Below are positions 1 through 13,568 of a stretch of 64,000 nt of DNA, one piece after another. The translations under genes were made by a program, and so were the position numbers. Every line of letters begins with the position of its first letter. Position 1 is the stretch's first letter. This stretch comes from Octopus bimaculoides (lineage: Eukaryota): positions 94,106,360 through 94,170,359 of the forward strand of contig NC_068981.1 of NCBI RefSeq assembly GCF_001194135.2, in the 5' to 3' direction. The notes beneath the pieces are model-generated. The model did not search any database. It was not told where the DNA came from and was given only the letters and a program-made list of their open reading frames with translations.

Positions 1-399
1 ACAAACGGAAAAAGGGAAAAATGAAGAGGGTGTGGATGAAATTTTGAAAATGCGGTTTTTGAAATTTTTTTTCAGAATCGGATCCACCATAGCCAAAACC
101 GTGGGATACCGTAAAAAAAAAATCAATATATATCCATTTTACCGAAAGTTATGACGGAAAAATCGGATCTTGTGAATTTTCCAAAAGTTCTCTCCCCACC
201 CACTAGGTCGTTAGCACAAATTCTTTTTTTTCATATTCGTTTTCTACATACTTGTTAACACCCAGCAGGCTGATTTATTATTTTTTTGTTCACAGGTGAA
301 GATCTTTATATTGACCTTATGTTTTATGTAAGATATAAAAGCAAAGCATTGAACATGATTGGTAAATAAAATGAAAACTAATGAGTTTATATTTTACTT

Positions 400-509
400 G
401 GCGGAGGTAAGGGATACGCACACCACTCGTTTTCGGCATAACCCTAACCCTAACTCTAAACCCTAACCCTAACCTTAAAAACCGGGTGTACATATTCTTT
501 ACCTTCGCC
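400..509. mobile_element. 110-bp MITE with ~25-bp imperfect TIRs and internal (CCCTAA)n
   Basis: ggcggaggtaagggatacgcacacc versus the reverse complement of the right end, ggcgaaggtaaagaatatgtacacc. Flanks ttttactt/ttttattt resemble an 8-bp TSD with one mismatch. Confidence 0.7.
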
Positions 510-1744
510 TTTTATTTTTACATAATGCACAAGTAATGACATTAGTCGTGTTACACTCATATTTGGAGGTGAAATTCAGATCTCAGAGGTAAAAATATAA
601 CATTTTGCACTTACTGTAACATTAAGAAAAAACAAAAAGAAACATGATCATTGCTTACAAACTTGTGTTATAACATTATGCAACAGCTGTACTTGATGGA
701 ATTTTCCCTGCATTTTGTGGAATTTTCCAATTGTGGTGAGTCATTTGAAATGCTTTCAGATTTTGGAGATTTTCAGTTTTGGGAATTTGAGACAAAAAGT
801 GTTTTCAACCCAGCATATCAGCCATGGTAAATATCTTTATTAATCCTCTAAATTATATAATATGAAACTGTTTGACTTCAATCCTTAAAGCTAATGTTTT
901 TACTAACAGAAGTACATAATGTAAATAACAATTTGAATAAAAAAAAAACTATGATGAATTAATTTAACAATAATAACCTCGCATACAAATCATATGTAGA
1001 AACTCAATAAAAAATTGTTATAGTATCATAGTACTTGAACAAAACAAGTATAATGACAAATCTAAACATATTTTGGTATTGTTAGAATAACTCCTCCTTT
1101 TCTTGTGAGATTGTGTCATTTAAAAAAAAAAATGCTCTTATTATCAATGATGAAAGACATGATTGTATGGTAAGAAGGTTGTTTCTTAACTTTATGGTTC
1201 TGGGTTCAGTCCCACTATGTGGTACCTTGGGTGAGTGTTTCCTGCTATAACCTCAGGCTAACTAAAGTCTTGTGAGTGGATTTGGTAGATGGAAACTGAA
1301 AGAAGCCCATCCTATATGTGTGTGTGTGTTTGTGTTAGCGTTGGTTCCCCACCACTGCTTGACAACTGGTGTTGATGTGTTTACATCCCTGTAACTTAGC
1401 GGTTCAGCAAAAGAGACCAATAGAATAAATACTAGGCTTTAAAACAAAAATAAGTACTGAGGTCGATTCACATGAGTGAAAATTCTTCAAGGTGGTGCCC
1501 CAGCATGGCCACAGTCAAATGACTGTAACAAGTAAAAGTTAAAAAGTAAAAGATCTTGGCTTATTACATCAAGAATGATAGTGTCCATTTTACTATTTAG
1601 ATTTCCTGCAACAAATGTCCACATGTGCGTGTGTGCGTATGTGGTGACATGTCTTTCAGAAGTTGCCATCAACAGATACTATCAAAACCTGTATTTATGA
1701 TATCTACAGTTTCAAGTTTGTCCCAGTTTGATTCCTATTATTTG

Positions 1745-3330
1745 AAGGTTGTCCTGGCTTGAGCCTAAGAAATTATGTAAGAGAGTTATAGACCAATTAA
1801 TTTGGAACACAATTAGACTAGATGAGATGCAGTTAGGTTGTGTACTGGGGAGAAGTGCCACTGACGCTGAACAACTTTTGATAAACAAAGCTCTATTGTC
1901 TAAAGTGAAAAAACATCGTAGTAGCCTTGCAAAAATATGGCTTGATTATAGGAAGGTATTTAACTCAGTTCTCACTCATGGCTACTGAAGTGTTTACATT
2001 TGGCTAAAGTATCTACCACTTTTATTGCTGCCATCAAGAGGCTCACAAAATTCTGGGCATCACTTAGAACTGAAAGTGGAACAATCATCTCCAATGTTAT
2101 GAATATTTCAAAGAGAATAGTCCAAGGATATAGTTTTTCTGTAATTCTCTTCATTTTGGCATTAAATCTATTATCATTCCTGCTACAAAAAAAACAACTC
2201 CATAGATGTTAAAACCCACAAGATACTGGTATCAACTGGAAACTTCCACAGAAACAGTGATATTGACAGGCTCTACCTAAGAAGAGATAAAGGAAGTAGT
2301 GGCTTGAGACAGCTTTTGAATGTCATATAGTTTCTTTCAGACTGTACTTGCTAAACAACAACAACAAAAATAAATACATTAACTCAGTGCTGAAAAATGA
2401 AGAGAACAGTATCCTATATGTTGGTAGTAAGATCCTCAGGAAGCACTCTCTTCCTGATGACCACCCACACAACCCCCCAAACAATGGACTAACATACCTT
2501 AATGAAGACCTGGATGCATAATGCTCAACATACCAAAGAAGTGCTGCATAGGTATGTTTCCTGAAGACTTGAAGAATACATTAATATGAAGCAAAGCCTC
2601 ACTTGGACTTGTGACTGCTACATCACATCACACTTCAAAGGCTATGCTTTTACAATCCAAGAACAGGAGATTGCTATGAAATAGCTTATAAATAAAAGAG
2701 ACAATGAAGCCTTTGGAGCTCTAAGATGCAATGAAAAATGTAGATTATGCCATATTTCTGGGGAAGCCATCACACACGTGATTAGCAGCTGCTTAAAATG
2801 CCATCAAGATTCCACCTCCTTATGCAAAAATAATATACAAGGCAATTCAGAGAAAGACTATCCTCAAATAAATATAGAGAATCTCCCTATTATTGAATAC
2901 ATACACAAACATCAACACAAGGAATACTAGCGGAACATCCCATCAAAACATCTGTCCAGTGTACACACAACAGGCCAAATATAGTTGTTTGGGACACATG
3001 AGAAAAAATATGTTCTGTCATAGAGGCCATGTGTCCTGCTGATGCGAACATCTCTCTGGAAATCAAAAAGAAAGAGAACAACTATGGACAACTATTTCAA
3101 AACCTCTAGATTATAAATTTACATTTATACCAATAATAATTGGCGTGCTTGATTTTGTGAGTAAATACTCAAGTTCCAATCTGGATAAGCTAGGATTTTC
3201 AGAAAAAGAAATCAACCAACTAACTTGCACATTACAAATACAGTCTGTAAGTGGAACAGTAAAATGTGCAAGACTTTGCTCAAGTTTAAAATGCAACATT
3301 GTCTTTGTATTCTACATTCTAATGATAGAG
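1745..3330 (+). mobile_element. Decayed non-LTR retrotransposon, R4/Dong-like (RT plus RLE endonuclease)
   Basis: Fragments QLLINKALL, WLDYRKVFNSV, IVQGYSFSVILFILALN, RLYLRR, CRLCH...HVISSC and RPNIVVWD, with many stops and frameshifts. Confidence 0.8.
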
Positions 3331-3883
3331 CTTTGTATCTTTGTTGGAAACCAGCTCCTTCCTCAGAAGAATTTTTAAATAATTAAAACCATACATACAC
3401 ACACACACATACATACGTACGTGCATGCATACATACATGAGAGAGAGAGAGAGAGTGTGTGTGTGTGTGTGTAATGCTTACTATAATTTCTTAGGCTCAA
3501 ATCGAGACGACCATCATATTATAGGTAGCAAATTGGGACAAAATTCAAATTATAGATACTGATGCTATCTGTCAGTCGCCATTTTTCGGTGATGGGTCGT
3601 GATTTGAACTTACAATGCACGCAACTCAATCAATTCGAATATTTCCCTATTGTGGAGTGGTAGTTTTTAATCAATCGCAGAGTCGGAACAAAAACTGTGA
3701 GGCATTTCTTACTGACACTAACAACTCTACCAATTCATCACCTTAGCAAGGGACATAACTCTTTAATTTTGTTGAGTTAGATAATTACCGCAGTGTTTAT
3801 TTAGTAGAAATTTACGCTAAACACAGATTTTTTTTAAAAATATAAATATTGTTTAGATTATTTAATCCATTTTACAAATTTTG

Positions 3884-3920
<37 letters not shown>

Positions 3921-4299
3921 NNNNNNNNNNATATATATATATATATATATATATTTATTGAATAATTGTAACTGTAATAAGAAGCTGAAAAGTGAAATAA
4001 ACAACCACTAACAACAAAAATAACTGCAGTAATAACTTTCATCTGAACACTCTTCACAACAAAATATAGTCGTTTCCTTTTATGTCTAATGACATTTCGC
4101 AAATAACTGCTGATCAATACTTCGGGTTTTAATTGTTAGAATACTATGTGATGACGAAATATTAAGGGAAGATCTCCTGATATATCTCCTGATATTGATG
4201 ATAATAATAACATTGTCTAGCAGACTACCCAATGAGCAACGAGTTTAGTTAGAAACGTTTATTCATGACTTGGCTTGATGTCCGTTTTGACACACCTTC

Positions 4300-4451
4300 T
4301 GGAGTTGCTAACATACGCGCTTGCTTAATATTCGTGTCTAAATTTGGATTACCAACCACCAGAGTAAGGTAATCTTTTTTGCATACTTGCACCTCTGAAC
4401 AGCTATTTTGCAACATGAGTGACCGTTGAGGAATATTTTAACTGAAAACAG
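4300..4451 (+). other. Candidate non-coding first exon of PNPLA8 (start approximate)
   Basis: Strong donor AACAG|GTAAGA at 4451/4452 in a mildly CpG-enriched stretch upstream of the acceptor at 11861. No transcript evidence. Confidence 0.4.
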
Positions 4452-4647
4452 GTAAGAATATTAAATTGATATTTCATTTATACTTTATTTTATATTTCAT
4501 ATTGGATTTTATCAATATTTATAAATGCTTGTTTAGAATTCTGTTAATTTAGTTCCATGTTCACACATCTCTGCTGGGAAATTTTTCAATATATTTTACA
4601 TTATCACGTAATATCTGAGAACGACTGTTTGACCTACTAGAAATAGT

Positions 4648-4731
4648 GGCATAACTACAGGGTTTTACCCCCCAGACTTTGGGAGGTTATGACCTCCCAA
4701 AGTCTGGGGGGTAAAACCCTGTAGTTATGCC
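4648..4731. mobile_element. 84-bp perfect palindromic insertion with 8-bp TSD
   Basis: 40-bp perfect arms around a 4-nt loop (tatg); gaaatagt duplicated at 4640-4647 and 4732-4739. Confidence 0.85.
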
Positions 4732-5575
4732 GAAATAGTAGCCGAATCTCTCAAATCATGTGCTGTCTTTGGAAAAAAAAAGGGGGCTATGTTATATTAA
4801 TGCAGATAAACTATAACTTTAAGACGAGCAGGTCACAGTTGGAATGGTTTACTGAATCAAGTCTAAAAAAAAAAAGACATTTTTTTTACTCATCTGTGTT
4901 ATTTAAAGTATTGGCTATGTGCCAATTCAAGGAATAATTATTATATAAAGTATTGCGTCTTATCATGTTTGTTTAGTATTACCAAAACGAATAGTTACGT
5001 AATATATCAGTAAAAGTACTAAATTCTCTTTCCAAACTCCCATTAGAATGTATAGCATATTGTACAAATAACGGTAGATTGAGATGGTTACATTTTATTC
5101 GTAATGTCTTCGTTATTCTGAAAGAGAGAGAAAGAGAAATTTTGTTTTTATTTTCAGACGGAACTAGCGTTAAAGGAATGTCTATAGCGGGAGGGATTAA
5201 CATGTTATTGCCAAGATTATTGATATGGTCAGTCTAAATACTCGGTCTGTGGCAACGCAAAAATGCTAATACAAAAAAAAAAAAAAATAATAATAATAAA
5301 TATATAAAAATAACAGCGACAAAATTTGTTTCAAACACGGTGGTAGAAATTATAAGATGTTCATAAATTTACCTTTAGTTTCTGTGAATCAACTAAAAAT
5401 AACCAGAAGGTAAACAAATTTAAATGTCATTTAAAATCATTCACACATTACATATATACACTCAAACTATATGATGAGCCTAGAAACCTCTATCTGTCGT
5501 CCAATATGCTAAGAGCAGCCAAATTTCCATTAGATTTCGCCCATATGTTTTAATTAAGTAAAAGATGCATTCGAT

Positions 5576-5788
5576 CAGTGGTTCTCAACCATTTTTTTTA
5601 CCTATGGACCCTTTTGATTCCTATTTTACTCGGAGCGGGGTCCTTCATAGACATTTGATGTCTAAAAACTCCTATTGCAGAGGAAAGTGTTTGAATATTT
5701 TGCCTTTTGTAGAAGAATAATCGGTTTATTCCCCTACCCCCAAATTTAAACAGAAAAACCTTATATGGACCCCGGTTGAGAGCCACTA
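5576..5788. mobile_element. hAT-type MITE (CAGTGGTTCTCAACC termini)
   Basis: TIRs cagtggttctcaacc / ggttgagagccacta; decayed 8-bp flanks cattcgat / cattagtt. Confidence 0.7.
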
Positions 5789-6611
5789 CATTAGTTAGTG
5801 TAGTGCTACATATTCCTAAAACACGAGATGGTCAAAGATGGAATGACTTTGATCGTAAGTTGTAGAATTGTAGAAATGGCTTTGACTGTCGAGCGGTTAA
5901 TAATATCTCATTCGGTACCTCATGAAGATTTTACTGTGGTTGACCACATAATACCAGTTAGAAATTGGTTTTATTCAGTCCAGTATATTCTCCTGCGGTC
6001 AACTGAGAAAAATCAATTTCTGTTAAAGACACGTCAGAATTTTTTTTTCTCTTTACTTGTTTTCATTTTCAAGTTTCATTGAATCTCTGATATAATTTCG
6101 AAGAAATACTGATGAGATCTGTGGATGAGTACAATCATTAGAACATCGGACAAAATTCTTTAGCCTTATTTGATTATTGGGATTTTCGCCCTGAATTCAA
6201 AATCCAGCTGAAGTCACGTTTTGCCTTTCAGCCTTCCTGAGACAATAAAATAAAATGCCAGTCAAATTTCGAGTCGATTTATATTCTTATAATGCACCCT
6301 AGATATGGATGAGATTATAACAACAAGGGGTAAAAAATAGTGGCTAAGTTGTAGTAAACTAATCCAGTTGAAATTAATTTATCATTTGAATCATCATTCT
6401 ATAATTTAATAAAACTTATTAATTTCGTTAAATCGTGAATATTTCAGTTAAATCTAGTGTTATACATTGAAGTACTAAGTTTATAGGATGACTGCTTATA
6501 TAATATATCTATATAGTATATAATATATAATAAATGACCAGTTATCTGCAAAACATTGTCATCAAATGTTTATTTTGGTCTTTAACTGAAAAACCACAAT
6601 TGTTGAATTGT

Positions 6612-7411
6612 CAGTGGTTCTCAGACGGTACTCCATAGCATACTGATGCATTGCAAAAGGAATCCAGGCATGCTGAATATATATAAAATAAGTGTGGACA
6701 TGGTTGTGTAGTTAAGAAGCTCACTTCTCAACCATGTGATTTCTTATTCAATCACACCGTGGGGCGTCTTGGGCAGGTATCTTCTATTGAGCCAACCAAT
6801 GCCTTCTGAGTGAATTTAACCTTTAGCATTCAGATTATTCTGACAATTATATTCATATTCGTTCACATTGTTTTGAATTAATCATACTTTATCTTGTAGC
6901 TTCGAGAGTTGATTATTTATTTTTAGAATGACATTATAGGGTTGGTTTGAATATAAAACAGAATATTTGCATCTTGTAAGGCTAGTTGAAATGCTTAAGG
7001 GTTAATAGACAAAAACTATACAGATTCCAGTGTGTGTGTGTGTGTGTATTTGCATTCTGCACTTCGCTTTAAAAAGTTACAAATGGGGTTTGTTGACATT
7101 CACTGTCAACAAAACATTCACTAGTTCAATATTTTCAATAACGCATAGAATGAAAAATCCCTTACATGTAAAACAGGTAAGGGTTAGTGACTAGAAGGGA
7201 ATTTAGCTGTGAAACAATTCCTCAGTAATCTGCATTCGTACAATCCAAGTCAACATAGAAAAATGGATGTAAAACAAATGAAAGTTATGGCTTTAGAAAA
7301 TTTATATTTGAGTGTCTTGAAAAGCAGTTTTATTTGAAATTTCCATGCAAAGTGCACCAATAATTTTTATGGTTGATCTTCAGTGTGCCATAAAAAGTTC
7401 AAGAACCACTG
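6612..7411. mobile_element. hAT-type non-autonomous element containing a nested piggyBac-like MITE (6820-7001)
   Basis: Termini cagtggttctca / caagaaccactg; the nested element is bounded by TTAA on both sides. Confidence 0.55.
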
Positions 7412-10309
7412 TGTTCTGTGCAAGACACTACCCTTTTCTCTCATTCACTTCCTTAGCATGATGGCAAATATAAACAGAAAATTTGATAGCTGAGGTAAAT
7501 GAAATTGACACAGAAAAAGAAATGAACTTATTTAGCAGAATGTCAGTCAAGTATTGATAATTACTTTCTTGTATGTTAAGCATTGATTCATCTCATGAGC
7601 TGGCCAACTTCTATAGATCACTAAATTGATAAAGTTTGATACAATTCTGATATGTTAGATGTTGATACAATTCTGATGGAGGGAAGAAATCAGATGTTTA
7701 GATAATCATACGTTTCCCCAGCATATTTAATGAGAAAAGCTTTGTAATAAAAAGGGTCATAAGAAATATAGGCATTTACAGTCAAATAGAATGCCCAAAT
7801 CTACAACAAAATTGCTACAGTAGATTTGAGCTCAAGATGTTTTAACCTAGTTCAATACAGTATCTACTTCATTTTTCAGTTCTTGGAAAAGGCATTTCCA
7901 TCACTTCTCTTCCTGTTCAAAAATATTGTGTCCCTGTAATAAATTAATTTGAATTAGTAAAATAGCAATATGATACTGATGCATTTTTTGTTCTTTTTTA
8001 AATTTGTTTTTGAAACATTTCACTTATATCTCTAATATTCTTGAGAGTGATGTAAAGACCACAACTTTGCATTTTTGTCTACTTAATATATAGGATATTA
8101 CAAACATAAAAACCAATATTTCACACTTACATAATTAATCTTGTTGAATATAACATTGCAGGATTTTAACTTATTCTATATTTGAACTGCTGATTTGATG
8201 TTTAATCTAGAGTCTATTAAGGCACAAACAAGATTGAAAAGAAATCTACAAATGCTTGCAATTTTCCTAAGATAATGATAACAATGGTTGCAGATCTAAT
8301 TGATGTTGTGAAACAAAGAATTGTCAGGATAAAACATTAGAGTTAATGACTATCAAACTTAGTGCATAAAAAAATCAGACATTTCATTCTTAATGACCTG
8401 ATAATACATTTATATATGATTCATTTATAAATGAATTATTCTTTCTATTCCCAAGTAGACTGAAGATACTTTATCATTGTATATCTATGATAATGGGGGA
8501 CCCTATAGAAAGACTACTTTAAGATGTGCTCAATAAATTTCATAAGGATTTCAGCACATTTAACATCCTTTCTTTTATTTTCATGGCTTAATCCTGAGGA
8601 GGAAGGGAGAAAGTTATCCTAAGAGTGGAAACCTGGTTTGAATGTTTGGACAGAATAGATTCTGCCAAAGTTGTTAGATGGTAGTGTTAAATTGATTGAT
8701 GAATTATGTGGATCAACCAAAAACAGGATCAATCCCTCTGATATATTTGTACACAGTTTCTGTCTAACGAATATTTCTCACAAGGCTTTAGTTGACTCAA
8801 AGTTATGCTCTAGCTATTGTACTGTGAAATTGAATCCAAAACCAGTTGTGAAGCAAACTTCTCAATAACATAGCCAAACCTGAATTACCTAGGTTATCTC
8901 ACTGATGTTGGAGTAGTTGCAGTAAAGCACTAGAAATTACTGTAAAGAAGGAATGGAAAATGTTCTAGGAGTTGTAGCCAGTATGATGCAGTATGATTGT
9001 GAAAGATGTACATATACTGGAGAGAAATGAATCAATGGAATTGTAATGTTAACCGATATGAAAAGTAGAGGATGTGGGCTGAGTGTTGTTGCTGAGTATC
9101 AATTAAATTATGCCAGTGAGATGACTATATAGCTCGAGTGCAACTATACTGAAGTATGGCTAACATATCTGAGGTAGAGCTATTATTGCTATACATGTAA
9201 GCATGATAAAGTGCATCAAAATCAGGCCTTTTGTTTGATTGGCAAAGACCCAATCAGTAAAACACAACAACTGCAAACTCAGAAATTTGTTTCTTTCTTT
9301 TGCCTCTTTTACTACAACTATGATGATCTTTGTTCCTCTGAACAAGCCATATGGATATCTCTTCAATATAAGCAAATCTAATACTTCTTATTTTCTTCTC
9401 TCGATACTCCTACTGTGTTTCCACATTGTAGGGATATCAGGAGCCTGCATTGAACAATTTACTTTATTTTTCCCCCAGAGATACAATTTGATGCTTCCTG
9501 CATGTTTTCCCTTCAAACTACCTATAGATATTCAAGCCAAACAACCTCATCAATTTTCACCATCAGAGGAGGATGAACAGCTGCTCATGATATTGCTAAT
9601 TTTACTCTGATTAACTGGTAACAAAAAGAAATTACAACCAGAAAGACTGGATCAATGGCTTTGTAATAAACTGATTTTGATGTGTTAGGATTTCGTTGCT
9701 AAGCAAACATTTCTTTAATTTGTCTCATACTAATGAATCTATGGGTTCTGTTTGCATCTAATTTGTCTATACTTTTGATATATTTTTGATATATTCATTA
9801 AAATTATGTTGAACATTTAAACAGTTTCCTAGATGACCAATACATTACATTATTTCATTTTATTTCTCTTAGTTTTAAGTTCAAATCTTAGTGTGTTTAA
9901 CTTTTTTTATCCCTCCAAAATTGTTGAAATACCAATAGTACCCTAAGATAAAAGGTAATAATAATAATATTCATGGATTCAATTAATTGTGAGCATCTTT
10001 TTTAATTGGCTTTCTGCTCATCAAATCTAATCAGCAAATCGGTATTAACAAAACTCAAAATTTAGTAAAAACTAGCAATGCATCCTGGCGTTGCCTGGAT
10101 GTTAGGACTTACAGCCACATTGTATTATTTGTTCCTTTCTTATGGGCAGAATCAGCATTGGTGATATATAGTGAACTGGATTACTGGCTTAATGGAAGTT
10201 TTTGTTGGTTTAAAAGTGAAGTGGGAGGGTACAGATTGCTTGGGTTTGCATTAAAGTGCCTTCTATTCTTCAGAGGGCTCTCAAACCATGTATTGTTTCA
10301 TTGTATTAA

Positions 10310-11030
10310 AGGGGGTTAATATGAGTTTGCCCAGAAATCACATTTTCAAAATTTTAATTTTCCCCTGTCCCCTCTGCAATTTCTAAATTTGTAACTTTTT
10401 ACAAATTTTTTTTATCCACTAGATTATGAATCTGGGAAATATATATCGTTTTTTAAAGTTTGATTTTTCTTAAAGAAACACTCAGTAACCCTTCCCCCAC
10501 CTTGCCCACCCATCATTTAACTGCTTTCAAAAAGCTAAAATCTCCTAATGTTTCACTTTCTTCTGATATTTTGCACATGCGCAAAATTGTACTGCAATAG
10601 CAGACGTAAAAAATACCAGATCACCATCAGAAAACCTGATATGCTAGAAACAACAGGTAAACAACATTATTTCTGTAGAAACTTTCCTGCTTTCCAAAAA
10701 GCTAAAAGTTAAACATTGGGAGTTTGTAGCTTTTTGAAAGGGGTGAGGTGATGGGTGGATGTTTGGGAAAGAGATTTTAGTGTTTCTTTAAGAAAAAAGG
10801 AAGTAAGAAAATTCTTAAGTATTTGTACTCTCTGTTTTTTCTCTGTGGATTACCAAGAAATTTGGAAAAAAGTAAAAAGTGAAGAAACCTAATCTCCTGT
10901 ATCGAAAACATGGGAATCAGAAGAAATTTAGGGAAAAAATAAGCGGGGTGCATAAATGTCACCTCAGACATGCTAGAAATAAGAGGTAAAGGACAGGGTT
11001 CTGGGGAAAACTTCCTTTTAAGTTTATATT
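10310..11030. mobile_element. Long-TIR MITE/foldback element (boundaries approximate)
   Basis: 10505-10560 is an imperfect reverse complement of 10704-10760, and similarity extends outward (tttttcttaaagaaacact / agtgtttctttaagaaaaa). Confidence 0.6.
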
Positions 11031-11880
11031 GAAGAATCAGGTTTTTAAATACGCTCATCACAAACACAAACTACAGAATAGAAAAAGGTAATTTCAATTG
11101 GATTTGATCTGTAATTTTGTGCATATACACAGCAAAAAAATAACATAATTCGTACACAAATTTTACCTAGAGTGTGTGTGTGCCAGCCAGAGAAAGTTAT
11201 TTTATAGCATTTCATTTGAAGCAGCAAAGTTGTCAACTTGATCATATGAGATCATATGATTGTTCGTTAAGTTCTGTAGAAAATTTTTATTTCTTTATCC
11301 TTTGAAGAGAGGAGAAAGTGAGAGCACATAGTGAAAGAGAGGAGAAAGTGAAAGATGTATGTACATGTATATGAAATGGATGTGAGTGAAGGAGTGTGTT
11401 GTCATGTATGTATTTTCTTGCATGTATGTGTAAGTGGCATTCATTTAATGTTGCAGAAATCATTTCTATGGTCACAGATTCTTCAGATGAAGTGGGACAG
11501 AGATGTGGAATTTTTTCTATCTCTGCACCTGAAGGAGTGCATGTGCTATATATACCTTCATTTAAGGCTGTTGGCTGTCATGCAAGTGTAGTGTCTTGAG
11601 ATAATATATGTATATGTAATATGTGTAATACTTCTGTATAATATGTATTTACCTAATCCATGCTAACATGGAAAAAAAATATGTAAATGAACAAATAACA
11701 TATGTAATGTATATTCTAGTATTTCTTTTATATGCATTCAGATTTAATTTTTGTAGAAAGACATTATATACTCAAAGATTACCTTAGAATAATTGTATTT
11801 TCTAAGTTGATATTCATAAAAAGAATGCTTATTTTATGGAAACTGTTTTCCTTTTTTTCAGATATTGGAATGAAGAAAAA

Positions 11881-12648
11881 ATGTCTAGTATCCGAAGTGT
11901 TCCAAATTGTATTGTTCTGAAACAAAAACAGTTTATTTTCTACATGCCAAAAAGTTGGCCTGCATCTACTATTCGTATAGAGCCTGATCAAAAATGTACT
12001 ACAATTCATTTTAGAACAGTCACAAAGGATGTGACCTCAAAAAAGAAACGTGACTTTTTATATTCTGTTAAAGATCAACTGAAAAATTTAGTAAAAAGGA
12101 CAAATAATTTTGGTAATGTTGCTACTCTGCGCGAAACTGACATTAATCAGATGATCAAAAATTATTATAAATTTGTTGAAGCTTACTTGGAAAACTTGAA
12201 ACATGCTAAGGATACTAAGCACCCACCTTCCAAAAATTCATATACAAGCATTCAAAAAACTAAAGATTTGTCTACTTTTGAAGAGATGATGAAGGAGACT
12301 CATGAAAGTGTAGCTTCTTTTTATGAATCCAAGAAAAATGTTCGTAGTCAAGTTTCTGCAAAATCTATCAGCACAGCTTCAGAGGATTTAAACAAAAATG
12401 AACCAAACCTCAATAAATTGGTATCCTGGGTGACTGTGAAGAAAGATTTAGATGAAGAGAAAACAGATGTGAAAAAAAAGCCTGTGATACGGAAAGATTT
12501 TATTTCACGGACAGCTGTTGAAAATAGGTCTCGTGCTTTAGTCAACAATCTGAAATTAGCTCAGTCAATTTCATCTAAAATAACTCGGATAGATGATTTA
12601 AACAAACACCTCATGATATACCCTGCGTCTCGGTCTATTGCAAAAAAG
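11881..12648 (+). CDS. PNPLA8: PNPLA8 first coding exon (N-terminal region, MSSIRSVPNC...ITRIDDLNKHLMIYPASRSIAKK)
   Basis: Long ORF. Polypyrimidine tract with acceptor AG at 11860-11861, ATG at 11881, donor GT at 12649 (phase 0). The exon end resembles the pre-patatin region of vertebrate iPLA2-gamma as recalled. Start codon choice is inferred. Confidence 0.85.
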
Positions 12649-13349
12649 GTAAATTTAAATTACTGTGTTTTTGATGGCCTATAAGGTGCACATCTTATGT
12701 CAGAAAATTAGCCATCTTTTATAAATCTAAGGTCAGAGTTGGGTTTTTGGTAAGTGATAGTGCAAGATAGGGCCTGTCAAAACTGAAATACATTTTATAA
12801 ACCCATGCAACTTATTAGCCATCAAATATTGTGGGTTTTCTTTTTTTTAACTTAAAATGAAAAAAAATAATGTTAGTGCTGATGAAAGAATATATTTTTA
12901 TAAGTTTAGGTAAAATTAGACAGGATAACTTGGTGCATCAAGGCAGTTTAAGAAACATTGAAGATATGAGAGTTTTATTATAATTTTCACCAAAAAATAT
13001 TGAATGAAAGTTTTTTTTTTTAAATTGTTTGATTAGAAAAAAAATTTTAATTGCTAACTAATTTCTGACAAAATATATTTTAATTATTTGTTATGCAAAT
13101 TAGATAATCATGGATCAATGTTTATAGTGATTTTGTATAACAGTTTGCTTGAGCTAGCCAATGGCCCAGAGATTGATGATTTGACTCTTAGGACTAACTT
13201 TTTAATACGGTATTATATCTGGATATTAAATGTGTCTGTAAGTGTAGCATGAACCTACAGACAAGTTAAAACTATCAGCTGACTAGCTACAACCATCCTA
13301 TCTTTTATTTTTGGCTATGCTATTTAAAAACAAATTAGAACTTATTTAA

Positions 13350-13568
13350 CCCTTTAGCATTCAGATTACTCTGTCAAATTTAATGCTTATTTATTCAGTG
13401 TTTTGAATTAATCATGCATTATCTCATAGCTTTGAGATTTTAATGATGTGATTGTTTATTTTTACAATGACATTGTTGGGTTGGTGTAAGAGGACAGATC
13501 TGGCCAGTTTTCAAATAGTAACAGGTAGAATATTTGAGCTGGTTATGGCTAGTTTAAGTATGAAAGGG
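13350..13568. mobile_element. piggyBac-like MITE, ~220 bp
   Basis: TTAA|CCCTTT...AAAGGG|TTAA. Related copies near 6820-7001, 13570-13760, 42320-42840 (interrupted), 47116-47325 and 60645-60872. Confidence 0.75.

Noticed and set aside
9239-9610. 123-aa hydrophobic ORF (also 37287-37673 and 58184-58612)
   Set aside because: No recognisable motif or splice context; composition fits random AT-rich intron or decayed repeat sequence.
10568-10656. Candidate extra 5' exon (partial NRF1 motif, ATG at 10641, CAG|GTAAAC donor)
   Set aside because: It lies at the centre of a MITE, and splicing to 11862 would be out of frame with the PNPLA8 CDS; no support without RNA data.
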